Source: Squalus acanthias
Taxonomy: Eukaryota
Direction: 5' to 3'
Assembly: GCA_030390025.1 (NCBI GenBank)
Contig: CM059433.1
Coordinates: 14,076,001-14,140,000, forward strand
DNA: 64,000 bases
The notes beneath the pieces are model-generated. The model was given only the letters and a program-made list of their open reading frames with translations. It was not told where the DNA came from and made no database searches. This document shows positions 49,306 to 62,872 of this stretch, piece by piece. Made by a program: the position numbers and the translations under genes. The number at the start of each line of letters is the position of its first letter. Position 1 is the stretch's first letter.

Positions 49306-52204
49306 TATCATATTCATTTGAAATCCGACTGCTATTTTTACACAAGCATTAACTAGTTTATTGATACTTGTACTAAAATAGTGAATAAAGGAATGTCATG
49401 CAAGTACATTAAGTGTTCATCTGCTAATATCGCCAACAGTAATTTCTAGCCTATACTTAAAAAGAAAGATTCTAGAGACAGTATTTTCTGTTGCCTTCTC
49501 CACTGGTTTTCTGGCAGTACTGTGATGAGAAATTGGGTAAACTCATAAAGTATGTCAAAAGAGGAAAATCTAGCCATTGAATGTATTTTTCCAACTCACA
49601 ATAATCTGTGTGTTGCACTGCAATATGGAAAATCTAATTGTATCTCGTCCAACAACCCTGGTTTGAATCCATGAGCTGTGTATTCAATCCATAGTAACTC
49701 CCTTAGTCAGACAGTAGTTGTCTTCTAATGTGCCATTTCACAGTACAAAATCCATTTTTGCTCTAACAGCATTTCAAACTGAAGCCTTTAAGAGCCTACA
49801 CTGAATCTTAGCAACTGCCTAATAACATTTTCTTTAAAAACGTAAGGGGAAGAAGATCGGAAGAAACGAATGATAATAGTTTACATTGCACCTCCAGCTA
49901 AAAAGCAGCAAAAAATAAATTCTTGGAATTAAAGATGATTAAAAAATAAAGTTTAGAGTTTAATCATCGTAATGTGTGGGTCTGTGACGTTGGACACAGA
50001 CATCTTTGCCACCACATAAGAAGGACACGTATATTTACATCTCCAGAGCTTTTAAATGCCATGCTTTTTGGGGCTTGGAATTGAAAGTAGTTCAGATACC
50101 TCTCCTGGGTCTTGTCCACCAGAACAGAAAGATATTACCATCTGTATTTGTCATAGGATTGATGTACTAGTAACTAAAATGTATTGTGTATTTACTTCAG
50201 ATCCAGGAAAATCCCACGCACATCACTGAATATTGGATATATATCCCAGTAATACCTTTGAAGTGAGGCTTACTGTACAATATTCAATTTGGGCAAAGAT
50301 GCAGAGATTTTAGCCATCACTGAATTTCTAGATTGCTAGTTGTCCTACATTGCTGGATTAGTTTATTTTTGTCCCAGACTGAAGCTGTCCATGCACACAC
50401 TGAACCGATATCCAGCCTACCCTCAGTGTAAGATATTCAATGGACTGTCAGTTGTTTTCTACTGTCCAAAAACATAAAGGTAGTCCCGGGAACTTTTTAA
50501 ACTTCAAAATTATATTTTGAATGCGACAAGTGTGAAGCCAGGCACCCATTAGGCTGCTTATGATCAGCAATCAGAATTTCATTTAATTTGATAAACCGAA
50601 CCTTGGGGGAAGTGAGTGGCAGTGTGGGGGGGGGGGTGCAGTGCACGGAGGGGTAAGGGTGAGGTGAGTAACTGGCGCAGGTGGGGGAAGGATACAAAGG
50701 TTGAGTTCAAAGGAGAAGAGGTAGAGATAGTAATGGCAGTGAGATGGTGGTAAAAAGGGGAAAGAGCAGTTGAAAGGTGAGGGGAGCAGGCAACATGATG
50801 GAAATGAGGGGGTTGGGGAAGCATGAATGATTGGATGGCCACCTTAGGCCACATTTCCCCAGTAACCCCACCCAAAATGCAGCCTGCGGCCATCAGTGGC
50901 TCCTTGCCCCACCAGACTACAGCATACCACTCGCTGCCTGCGACCTGAAAGGGGGAAAAAGAGAACAAAAGACAGAGAAAGAATCAGACGAGAAGAGGGA
51001 GGAGAAAAAACGAATTGGGGAAGAAGCTGAGAAGAGAAACAGAAAGAGATAGGCAGAGGAGGAGAGAATGAGAGAGAGTGAGAGACAGCAACACAAAGAC
51101 AGCAGAGACAGGCAAGAGAGAGAGAGGGATCATATTTTCTAACTTACTGCTTTCATCACCATGGAAGATCAAATAGTAAATATAAAATTAAAGTATCGTA
51201 TAAAAATTAGGACAGAATATATGATTATAAAATGGGGACTGAATTACATCTGTGTGACCTGGTCCAATTATCCCCTGCCCTCTAACTATACTTCATCTGA
51301 AGACTACACTTGCCCAATGGAAAAGGAAATGAGGCAGGGTGTAAAACGGGCTACCGATTTGCTCTCCCCCGTTTTGCGCTACTGCCCACCATGAATTTCA
51401 CCCCCTATTGAGTGTAAGACCACAGAAGAGCGCTCTGCTTCTATCAAAATGCAACTGCACAAAGTATTTATAAGCGCTAGTTTTTTCACTGTACATTGGA
51501 GCAATGTCGATTATGCTTTACGAGAAAAAAGAACCGATGTTTGATCATTTTAGTTTTCACACATATGTGAGAAAGGAAAAAAAAAATGCCTTTATCACAT
51601 AGAACTTCAGTTTGATAACAGCTGTGACTTACACACTTGCTCCTCCCATTGAGGAAGCCACTCGACTTTTGCCAATCCAAGTCAAAACAAAATACACTTG
51701 ATGCAATGCTACTGTTAGAAGTTTTTCTGTGTGTTTTGTCTCAGTTGTGAAGCGGACCAGTACACCTCGCTCTCGATCTGGTGCTCATGAGTTACGTTGT
51801 CCACCAGAGAACGAAGAAGAAACCTCATCACACCTCCAGGATTACTCTACCTTTAACCTTCTTTCTTGTCCTTCCCTCACTGCTGATCCTCATCACTCAA
51901 TCATTTTCTTCATCTGCTGATTGTCCTGATACTGATGACATTTCTCCAGAAGGAGAAAGTAGCCTCTGGTCACTGAGCATTTTGTGATTTGAACTCACGG
52001 CCATCTGATGAAAAGATAGGTCCTCAATTATAGGGTTAATTCTGAAATTCCGTGCTCCCAGTTAGGAACCTCGCTCATAGAAAATGTGGGTCGGCGAATT
52101 GGTGCTATGATGCTGTGGATCTATCTCTGACTCACTGGCCCTGCTGGGAACTGAGGATTGAGGAATTATCCCGACATGCACGACTGGTCTGGTTAACATC
52201 TTCA

Positions 52205-52500
52205 GATGAGATGTTGAACCGAAGCCTCGCCTGTACTCGGAAGTAAAAGATCCCATGCCACTATTGGAAGGAGAGCAAGGGAGTTCTCCCCGGTGTCCTG
52301 AACAATATTTATCCCTCAACTAACATCACTGAAACAGATTATCTGGTCATTTTCACATTGCTGTTTGTGGGACCTTGTTGTACGCAAATTGGCTGCAGTG
52401 TTTCCCACATTACAACAGTACTTCATTGGTTGTAAAGCATTTTGGGATGTCTTGAGGTTGTGAAAGGCGCTATAGAAATGCAAATTCTTTATTTCTTTTA
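52205..52500 (+). mobile_element. Deu-SINE body
   Basis: Homologous to the other SINE copies. Confidence 0.78.
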
Positions 52501-53922
52501 CTCATCTTTTCCTCTTTTATAAAGCCACAAAATGTCATAGTACATCAAACTTCAGGCAGCTCTCTGGGACATTAAATAAAGTGCTGAGCTGTGAATCTAA
52601 AATACATATATTAATGTGCAGAAAGTATATAATCGTGCATCATATAAGCCAATATAACACAGTAATCGAACGTAAAACGAGCTGATTCTACTCCACAATC
52701 ACTGATGTGGATCACGAACATTTCTATACCTGACCTTTGGACGTTTTAGTGAGAACTTTCATGGTCGGTACCAAGTAAATCAAAGAAAGCTTCCTTAACT
52801 TGAACAAGCAGGAGCCAAACAACCAGTGAATTTCAATATTAAACACACATTGTTGCCTAGTAATCAATAATCTTCATTATGTAGCAAGCTATTAGAAAGA
52901 GATGGCCAATAACTTCAGAAAAAATATTAATTGGCCAGTGCTAATCAAAAGGAAAACAAATTCAATCGTGTCATAGTGACTCTATTCTAACAAAGCCTCT
53001 ATTTCATTTGTCATGGTTTTGTTTTTTATTGGCAAATCAATAGGTTGCTGAACAAGTACCTTTTTAGGGGGCTGTTATTCTGCCACGCTGGTATCCATGT
53101 TATACGTTTTCAGTTGCACAACAGTGCAAAAGTGGCTGCATTACTCCAGAGTCAGGTCCTTATCTGATTCTGGAACCCCATGAAGTCAAGTTGTGTGAGC
53201 TCTTTGCTCTCCTGCCCCTTACGGAGGTAGTCTCACATGACTTGGGCTTGACACCATCTGGAGTATAACTCCAGTCTGGTGTGAAATCAGGTTTAAAAAG
53301 TGCTCAAGCATTTTTGGATCCCCTGGACACTACATAAACTTACTGCAGAATCTAACGTTTGGAGAAAGTGGATGGTTTTACTCACATTCTCAAAACTTAA
53401 ACATTTATCGGTGGGGGAGAAGGCCTCTTCACATGGATGCACAGAGTTCTCTTCTGGCAAAGTGCAATTTGGAGCCAGGTACAGTCTGCAATAGAACACT
53501 CTGTAGCTACCAGTCTAAGATTAGTTTAGCAGCATAATTCACCCTCTTAATTATTAACGAAGAGTAAGATAAGTTCACCTAGCAATGCGAAATGGAAAAA
53601 ACATGATTTCCTCAATTTTGCCAGATTGTTTTCTGAAATTGGCCATCTCTTTCCTATCCAGGAGTCAAAACTACTGCAGGCTGACAGGACAATACAGGAG
53701 GTCATAGGGGAAGGGGTGAATATCAATGGCCCTATGGTCTTCTCTCCCCCTTTTCTTATGTTGGCAAGGATTTTGAGTATCTCCACAGTTCAGTACAGTA
53801 TCTACAAGGCACTGCATTGGTACAGTCTACTCAAGCAGTGCTAACACTGAAAGTATAACATTTCTGATACATAGGTATTGCAAAAAGATCATGAGAGAGA
53901 CCCATCTGTCCATATAGTCCAT

Positions 53923-54371
53923 ACTTGCATTTATATAGCATCTTTCATGACCTCAGGAATTCCCAAAGTGCTTTATAGCCAATCAAGTACTTTAGAAGTG
54001 TAGTCACTGTTGTAATGCAGGAAACACAGCAGATAGCAAGGTCCCATAAACTGCAATCAGATAATGACCAGATAATCTGTATTGTTTTGTTGGTGTTGGT
54101 TGTGGGATAACCATTGGCCAGGACAACAGTGAGAACTACCCAGCTCCTCTTTGAAATAGTGCCATGGGATCTTTTACGTCCACCGGAGGGGGAAGACAGG
54201 GCTTTGGTTTAATGTCTCATCCTAAAGACAGCACCTCCGACAGCGCAGCACTCCCTCAGTACCATGCAGATGTGTCAGCCTGGATTATGTGTTCAAATCT
54301 CTGGAGTGGGACCTGAACCCACAACCTTCTGACTCAGAGGCAAGGGTGCTACTACTGAACCAAGGTTGCCA
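53923..54371 (-). mobile_element. Deu-domain tRNA-SINE
   Basis: Homologous to 42141-42614. Confidence 0.82.
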
Positions 54372-54375
54372 CCTT

Positions 54376-55220
54376 GGGGGTGATTTCATCAATGGGGGCG
54401 CGTTGGAGGTGGGACTGCTACTTGTCGGGTTTAGTCCCGCCTCCATCGACTTGTGGCCAACCCACACTATTTTCCCTTGATTGACCTTGTTAAGCCCGCC
54501 CAGTGGGCTTAGCAGGCCAATTAAGGGGAAGCCGGTTACAGAGAACGTCAGCGTATGATGTTTCATCTGTCAAAAACTTTTGACAGATGAATTGTCATCG
54601 TTTGACAGCTCTGTGAAGCTGTCAAACACTGACATTCTCTGTTGTTTGATGAGTCCTTGTATTGAAGACTCATCAAACCTATCTGCTGAGCAGAAATCAG
54701 ATGGCTGTTGCATCGGAGAATGCAGCAACCATTCTGTCATGTCTGACGCGGAGATGCGGGAGTCTCCGGTTCCCCAACGGTTGAAGCCTGCAGGAAGAAA
54801 CAAAGGTAAGTAAACATTTTCTATCACTTTTAACTCACCTCACATACTTACCTCTCCACACTTGCACCCATCACTCACCTCCACAGCGCACTTTTGCACC
54901 CGTCCGCCCCCCGCAGACCCACTGCTCATCTCGGTGACCCTGGCGGGGTTTTCCAACGTCGGGAAGCCCGCGCCTCTGCTGGAAAAATGGGGATAATCCT
55001 CTTAACTGCCTGTTAACTACCTGTTAACAGGCAGTTAAGTGGCTGTAATCCCCTTCCCGCCTCCAGGAGACGGGACTCGGCGCGGGTCGGGTACCCGCCT
55101 CCTGGGAAGATGGCATGGAGGCGGGTTGGGGGCGGGATGGGTACCCGCCCCCAGATTCTGTCATTTTCCCGGCAGTCCTGCCTCCAAACCCGCCTCCCCA
55201 GGGCTGGCAAAATCGCCCCC
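54376..55220 (+). mobile_element. Harbinger-type MITE, family A copy 4
   Basis: TIRs GGGGGTGATTT / AAATCGCCCCC; TSD CTT. Confidence 0.9.
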
Positions 55221-56338
55221 CTTGTCATTATTGGTCCTGGGCAAATTTGAATCTAGGTTGCATTGTGTGAAGGAGTAGCTACAGCGTAAGCAAACAGTTG
55301 GTGCCCAAGAGAAGAGCTGTTAATGGGCATCTCTGCCATTGCCAATCGAGAGAGAGAGAGATTAGCGGGAGCCTTCAGTTAAGTTTGTGAATTCCACTGC
55401 GTGAAATTATGGCTCAGACTATTGGTACAGTATCAGAAAATAAACAACACGCTTGAGCTGAGGAAGAAAGTGGCACATCAGTGGATGACTTTGTCATGCC
55501 AGGAGGGAAGTGGAATCACGTTTCAAGTTGCAGTGGATTCAGGAGGGAAGTAATGACCCAAATAATAATGATGTCACCTTGATAGAAAGTTACTGGATTG
55601 GAAAATATTGCAACAGGTTCGGAAGGGAACTGTATCCTAGAAAGTTAGGAGGGAAGTGGGGGCCTAGTTGGAGCCAGTGAAATTTTAGGAGGAAACAGCA
55701 ATCTAGAAATAACTTGACTGGATGAAGAGATGGCATAGGCAGAGAACGCTGAACGAATTGCACCTCACCACCCAAACAGACAACTGCTGCATTGTAGGAA
55801 GAAGTGTCATTATCACTCATGTAGTAACAATAAAATACCTTTAATCTAACTTGACACATTGCAGAGAACAGAATGGAAGATGTCATAAGCACGAGGGAAT
55901 GTTTCTGTCACTCATGTCTAACCACGGACAAATATGTTCTGGCAAACACAGCCACCTTCTCTTCAACCTAGATAGAATTCATTATTCTAAAAATATATCA
56001 CAAAACCAGGTCTGGTTTTAAACTGATTTATTAACAAACAGAACTGCACATTTTATTTTCATTTTCAGGAGAGAATGCTGCACAGAAACTGTCTCTAGGA
56101 ACTTCTAGTACATTCTTTTCTCTGTCACATGACTGTCTTAAAGGGGCAATGGCTAGTCTTATGATTTATAATAATTTGCCACCATATCTCCTTTTGTTTC
56201 AGCTGATGACACAAACCTCTCCCATCTGGGCTATCCACCAAAGAACTGATTATTCACCCCTACAATAGTTTGCTGTTACTAGCTAATCATTGTCGTTAGA
56301 ACAAATTGGTTTCCTCACAAATCTACCACTGGAAGCTT

Positions 56339-56704
56339 TCATTTTGGGCTTTTATGTTTCGCTATTTGCACTGGTGGCACCACGTTATCACCTGGAGAGA
56401 TTACTCGATTAAGAGCTAACAACCAATCAGTAGGATCTTCAGGCTCAGGTTCATCTGGTGGTAGTGTACAGTCTGCAAATCTCAAACCAATCCATCTACC
56501 TTTGAACTTGAAGTGAATTATAGGTGTACAAGTCTGGTCCTTGCCTTTCACTGCAGTGGGATTTCTTGATCCTCTCTCTGCAATGACGCATGGGCCTAGT
56601 TTGATAACCACTGGACCTGGCAGTATTTTAATGTTGCTGATTAAAATTATATCGATCGGCCTCTTGGTTTTCTTGTCATCCGCTTAATCAATTTGCTTGG
56701 CCAT
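56339..56704 (-). pseudogene. Orphan disabled ORF, possibly PH-domain-like
   Basis: MAKQID*ADDKKTKRPIDIILISNIKIL...IIHFKFKGRWIGLRFAD...DWLLALNRVIS; one in-frame TAA at 56684-56686. Confidence 0.35.
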
Positions 56705-56732
56705 TTTGCATTTGTCCAATATAGGTACTGTA

Positions 56733-56830
56733 TCATAGAATCATACAGCACAGAAGGAGGCCATTTGGCCCATCGTGCCTATGCCGGCTCTTTGAAAGAG
56801 CTCTCCAATTAGTCCCGTTTCCCTGCTCTA
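56733..56830 (-). mobile_element. CR1 3' tail fragment
   Basis: TCATAGAATCATACAGCACAGAAGGAGGCC motif. Confidence 0.8.
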
Positions 56831-57196
56831 TCTGTAAGACGTGCGGAAATCGCCCCTCGCCCCGACAAACAGTTTCCAAAGTTCAGACCCGTCGAACAGA
56901 CAACACAAAACCCAATGAATCTGTGGAAAAACTTCTTTTACTTAAAAATCAGCAAGAGATTACAAGCAAGCATCTGAAATTATTTACTTTAAGCTCAGCT
57001 GATCATAAGCAACACCACATGCGTACTGACACCAGTGAGAGGCCAATTCAACGATGACTAGACGCATGACTTTAACTGGCAACTGACCAGGTCGCCCACG
57101 ACTGCATCCACGAGTGTCAGTCTACAACATCCCTTATACCCCAAAACTTGGCAACTCGCCCACAGCATTCGAGTCACAAACTGTGTGATTAACAGT

Positions 57197-57884
57197 GGCC
57201 CAGAAATTGTCGGTTTTAGGCATGCACTGCGCATGCGCTGGAAACCGGAACTTCCGTTCTGTGAAGAAAGGGCTTGACTGGTCAAACGCCTGCGCCGGAT
57301 AGGCAGCGCGTACGGCAGAAACTTCCGTTTTTTCCACAGTTGCTTCAGTCCAGGTAAGTCGGAAACAGCTGCGGCTAGAAAAGCAGGTGCAAGGCCTGCT
57401 TTTACCATGCTAATAGTTGAAGAAAGTAATAAAAAAAATGTTTTTTCCACTGATTTATCATTTTAAAATACTTTAAAGAAAGGTAAATTTATTTTTAGCC
57501 CCATTAAAAACTTTAATTTTATTTTCTCAAAAATTTAAATTTATGTAATTTATAGTCATTTTAAAAGTGTGATTTTTTAAAACACATTTATTTGAAGTTT
57601 TACTTATGTTTTAGGGGTGATCTCTATTCATAGATTTGACAGGTCTTCCTGTCAAATCTATGAATGGAGATTCCCTGCTCTGATTGGCTCCCCATGGCCC
57701 ACGTGATCCCAGGGATGCTGCGAACTACCTGCGCCCCTGGGATACGCGTGCCCTGCACACCGGCAGTTTGAAGAGGCACAGCAAAGGAATTCTGCGCCTC
57801 CCGAGAGCCCTCCGGTCCAGGCGGAGATTTTTCCAAATCGCAGCCCTCCGCCCGTGGGAGGGCTGCGAACGGAATTTTTGGGCC
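57197..57884. mobile_element. Harbinger-type MITE, family D related
   Basis: TIRs GGCCCAGAAATT / AATTTTTGGGCC; flanks AGT/ATT within AAC...GTT. Confidence 0.82.
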
Positions 57885-58716
57885 ATTGTTTTTCTCTCTC
57901 TCTCTCTCCTTCTATCTATTTTGATGTTTAGTTAACCAAGGCCAGATATTCAAGGGTTGGAGAGAGTCGTTGTTTTCACATCTGCAGGTTGTTGACTTGT
58001 GGTTCTCACAGAATTTTCAAGATCTTATCTTTTGGAGGAAAAGTCCAGCACATCACTTATTTTTCAAATGTTTTTAGCCAAGCAGTCTCTTGCCCTCAAA
58101 GCTTGTCGGTACATTTGGTCACTTTTAGATTCAGTCAAGTTTACCATGGACAGTATTACATTTCCCCATAGCCCAGCAAAGTTTTCCTTTTTAAGTATAT
58201 ATCCTCGTCTCTTTTGAAAGTTAGTTTTAAATCCATCTTCCTGTCATTAACTGAGCTGTACTGTTACCAATAACTGTAATCAAAGTTGCTCAGTAACTCA
58301 GTGAAGCTAGGAAATGATCCTGGTGCTTTTTGCAATTTGTTGTGCTCTCTCTCTCCCTCTCTCCACCAACTTGTAGATAGTGAGGATGGATGGTGGTATG
58401 TTTAAAGTCATAATGAGCTCTGAATGCATGAAACAGCATAAACGACATACTTTTATCCATGACGTAATCCTCAAGGATACCCCAATAATGTATCATTGAC
58501 AGATGAACCAGTTAAAGAAAGCTGGAATAATTTTCAATAATAATACCAAAAACTGACCTATAAAACCAACCGAGCAAATAAAGAAAAAATCTCATCAGGC
58601 TAGCCCTGGAACTCTGCAGTCAATTCTTGCTGTGAGGTTCCTCTCCCCCGCTATCTCATCCGCATCCACCCCCCCCACCCCCACTTCAGTTGGATAGCCC
58701 ACCCACGCTGTTAAGC

Positions 58717-59099
58717 ATAGAAACATAGAAGATAGGAGCAGGAGTAGGCCATTCGGCCCCTCGAGCCTGCTCCGCCATTTAATGAGATCATGGCTGATCA
58801 TCCAAATTCAGTACCCTGTCCCAGCTTTCTCCCCATATCCCTTGATCCCTTTAGCCTTAAGAAATATATCTATCTCCTTCTTGAATATATTTAATGAATT
58901 GGCCTCAACTGCCTTCTGTGGTAGAGAATTCCACAGGTTCACCACTCTCTGGGTGAAGAAATTCCTCCTCATCTCAGTCCTAAATGGCTTACCCCTTATC
59001 CTTAGACTGTGACCCCTGTTTCTGGACTCCCCCTCCATCAGGAACATCCTTCCTGCATCTAGTCTGTCTAGTCCTGTTAGAATTTTATAAGTTTCAATG
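58717..59099 (-). mobile_element. CR1 3' fragment
   Basis: Near-identical to the 3' ends of the 2648 and 46478 copies. Confidence 0.9.
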
Positions 59100-59759
59100 T
59101 AGGAATTAGGACGTTCAGGCAAAATTATTTCACACAGACATTAATAGACATATGGAACACATGAACAGGGAAAGCCATTGAAGTGAATAGTACAAATGAA
59201 TTCAAGGAATGACTGGATATGTTTCTAGAGAAAGATTAGGAATAGTGATTCTATGACGACAAGTTTAGTATCAACCATAAAAGGAGTAGGCTTTTTAAAT
59301 GAAGTACTAAAGTTCCTAAAATTTCCCATGACCCTTTCCTGTGTTCATTTGTCAGCTCTGAGAATTGCCTGTTTTTTTCCCCCCAGTATCTTCTTTGCTG
59401 CTCTTCTTTGTCCTACAGAGCAAAAGCAACAAGTCCAAACTGTAATTATAAACATGGGTTGCATATACATTTACATTACTGGATTTGTTGTTACCCCACT
59501 TATCTCCACATAACATGGCGACGTGACGTCTTCCCAACTTGATATTGCTGCATTATGTGCAAAAAGAAGCTCCAGGCTGTGGGAATAATGTAAGATGGAT
59601 AGGGCAAAACCAGCAACACAACTGTGCATGATGTGTGGGTTGTAGCAAAAAGAAAATGGACTGGGAAATAGCAAAGAAATGTAGACCTGGCAACAATGTT
59701 ATTTCATGATTTTTCACATCATATCAATTTTAATTATACTTAGCTCTGCAAAAGTCTAC

Positions 59760-60437
59760 GGGCTGGATTTTCATTGACCCGTGGAGGCGGGTTTGGAGGC
59801 GTGTGGGGGGTTAAAATTGCGAAAACTGGCGGGCGGGCACAAGTCTGCCTCTATCCTGCCTCCACGCAATTTTCATTAAATCGTGTCTGCTGCTCCCGAC
59901 TCCGTCCCACCTCTAAGAGGCGGGATAGGCTGTTACGGCCCTTAACAAGCACTAAATTGGCTCTATAATGCCATTTTGAAAGGCTTTTGTGATTTTAACC
60001 CTTGTTCTACGTGAAGCAAGCCTGTTCTGAACCACGAATGTGAAACCTGGCGGTAATACATTTCGAAAGCTGACTATCAGCTGCAGGTCGACTATTACAA
60101 CGGAGTAGTAGTAGTAGTAGTAGGAAAAATATCTGGGAGCAGACCTAGGGCGCTCTCTCTCTCTCTCTCTGTGACTTAGGACTGCTGCTGCTCATTTTGC
60201 ATCACAGCAAAGGCCAGGCAGTCTCTGAAGACCTTCAATGCAGCAGCAATGATGACATCATCAGAGGCGACTTTCAGACTGAAAACACTAATTGGTTCAT
60301 GGGTTCCCACATGCTGGAACTCAATTGCCCAATTAGGTGAAAATCACATCAATCTCCCACATCCAATTGCAGTCGGGTGGATAACACGAAAAGCGGATGA
60401 CACGACCCCAACCCGCCCCAGTATCAAAATCCAGCCC
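59760..60437. mobile_element. Harbinger-type MITE, family B copy 2
   Basis: TIRs GGGCTGGATTTT / AAAATCCAGCCC; homologous to 5697-6421. Confidence 0.85.
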
Positions 60438-61099
60438 ATGTAAATCTATCATCATACAGGTTGTTCAAGTGGACTCCCTTAGCCACTAGAATCATAGAAT
60501 GGTTACAGCACAGAAGGAGTCCATTTGGTCCTTCGAGCTCGTGCCAGCTACTGACATTTTCACCCAGAAATGAAGCACGTAAGAAGCAAAAAACATTTAG
60601 ATTTGCAAAAAATTGAATATTGCGCAAAGTATATAAAGAACAGATCTGAAATCCTGCAGATTAGTATGAGTGATAATCGACAGAATTAATAACAGGCATG
60701 AAATAACATTTCACAGAAAGAATGGAGAGGCTTTAGAGAAACAGTGAGCAAAGATTTTGAGAAGCTGGGATGTCTGGATAAGTCTCCTGTCATTCAAAGC
60801 AGAGCTCCATTGATCTGTAAAGTGGAACGGAAGGTCTGAAGATATTACTGTCAATCACCAGCAGCACACTCACTGCTGATTATTCACTGATTAAAGACAT
60901 ACGCCCTGAATGACAAATGTAGGAAAATAAGACTTTTTGCACGAAAATCACAAAGTAAGACTTGATATATTTTGAGCAACGTTTTATATTCCTTTTGGAG
61001 CTCAGAGCAATCCCTGAATTAAATAGCATTCATTAACTGTTCAGATAATATTTGTGAGAACGGGCAGAGCCGGATAGAGTGAACGGGATAACATTCAAA

Positions 61100-61213
61100 A
61101 CCTACATTACGACAGTGACTACACTCCAAAAGTACTTCATTGGCTGTAAAGTGCTTTGAGATGTCCAGTGGTCCTGAAAGGTGCTATAGAAATGCAAGTC
61201 TTTCTTTCTTTTT
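61100..61213 (+). mobile_element. Deu-SINE 3' fragment
   Basis: CCTACATTAC...GTACTTCATTGGCTGTAAAG...TCTTTCTTT. Confidence 0.7.
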
Positions 61214-61904
61214 ACACTACAGTGAGACCTCCTTATTAGAAATTCTGCTGATGGAAAACCCTTGTTCTGTGTTCCAGAACAGTCAGGAGGGGCTCAAAGC
61301 CTGCGCCACTAATAAGAAGAATTTATACTAGTCTCCACAAACTTCTAATAATCAAGTTTGTTTCCAACATTCACTAATTCTATTGAAAAAGTAGACACAA
61401 ATAGAATGAGGAGTTCTCCAACTCACACCTGCACCTACTCTTTGCAGAAATTGGCGATTGGAGAAAAGTACGCCACAAAGCAACTTGAATGCATTTTGAC
61501 CCCCAAAATAAGGCCTAATGTTTTAAATTGGATGTTCATTTGCCAAAATTACTTGCGGTCTCTGCCACAAGCAAACAACTGACAATCACGTAGATTTTAA
61601 AAGTAAAAAGCCAAAGCACAAAACAAACCAATAAACCATGAGACACAAAATCAAGAATGACCGAACGCCTTGAGAGGGAGTGAAATTAGATTTTAATGAA
61701 AGGTGGGAGAGTGGCTTTTTTCACCCCCCCCGTAATTAGCCATTAATGAAATTACTTTCTGAGAAATCATGTTTCAAAGCTGCGTATTTTTGCGATCTTG
61801 CTAGCAGGCATGTTAATTACAGAGAGGCATAAGCATTCTGCTGTTTCAGTTCTCGAAGAGGAGCTCTGACTTCAGGTACATTACAAATATCAGAAGGCGT
61901 ATAA

Positions 61905-62872
61905 GAAAAGAAAGATTTATGAAGCACCTTTCACATACTCAGGATGTCCCAAAGCACATCACAGCCATTGAAGTACTGTTGAAGTGTAATCACTGATGCA
62001 ATGTGGGGAAATGTGGCAGCCAATTTGTGCACAGCAAGATCCCACATGCAACAATATGATAAGGAGCTAGATAATCTGTTTTAGTGGTGTTGGTTCATGG
62101 ATAAACATTGGCAAGAGCACCGGGAGAACTCTCCTGCTCTTCTTCGAATAGTGCTGTGGGACCTTTTATACCCACTTGAAAGGGCAGAAGTGGTCATAGT
62201 ATAATGTCTCATCTCTAAGTATCTGAATGTTTGTAATAGGCCTAGATAGCTTGCATACTAAATAGATGATTTGAAAGCTGTATTATTTTGCACTGTGGAG
62301 CAATAGTGTAAGTTTTGCGAGGCCTCAACCTGTCGACAGGACGGGGCTTTGCATATATCAAACAATTGCAGGCGCAATGTCTGTGATTTTCTGTTTCCAC
62401 TGGCAGGAGGGTCGGTAACCAGAGGACACAGATTTAAGATAATTGGCAAAACATCCGGCGGAGAAGTTTTTAGGCAGCGAGTTGTTATAATCTGGAATGC
62501 GCTGCCTGAAAGGGTGGTGGAATCATATTTAATAGTAACTTTCAAAAGGGAGTTGGATATATACTTGAAAAGGAAACATTTGCAGGGTTATGGGGAAAGA
62601 GCGGGCCAGTGAGACTAATTGCCTAGCTCTTTCAAAGAACTTGCGCAGACCTGATGGGCCAAACTGCCTCCTTCTGTGCTGTATCATTCTATGATTTTAC
62701 GATTCTAATTATATTCCCTGATCTGAAAGACGGCACCTCCAACAGTGCAGCACTCCCTCAGTACTGCAACAAAGTGCCAGCCGAGGCTACGTGCTCAAGT
62801 CTCTGGAGTGGGACTTGAACCCACAAGCTTCTGATCAGAGGCAAGCGTGGTATCACTGGGCCAAGGCTGACA
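61905..62872 (-). mobile_element. Deu-SINE interrupted by an insertion that includes a CR1 end
   Basis: Body at 61905-62215; head at 62720-62872. Confidence 0.7.
62388..62706 (+). mobile_element. CR1 3' fragment
   Basis: LFPLAGGSVTRGHRFK...QRVVIIWNALP; TTCTATGA tail. Confidence 0.85.

Noticed and set aside
51480..52040. Possible piggyBac relic (GGGTTAA, acidic and Cys-containing frames)
   Set aside because: No matching second terminus and no catalytic motifs.
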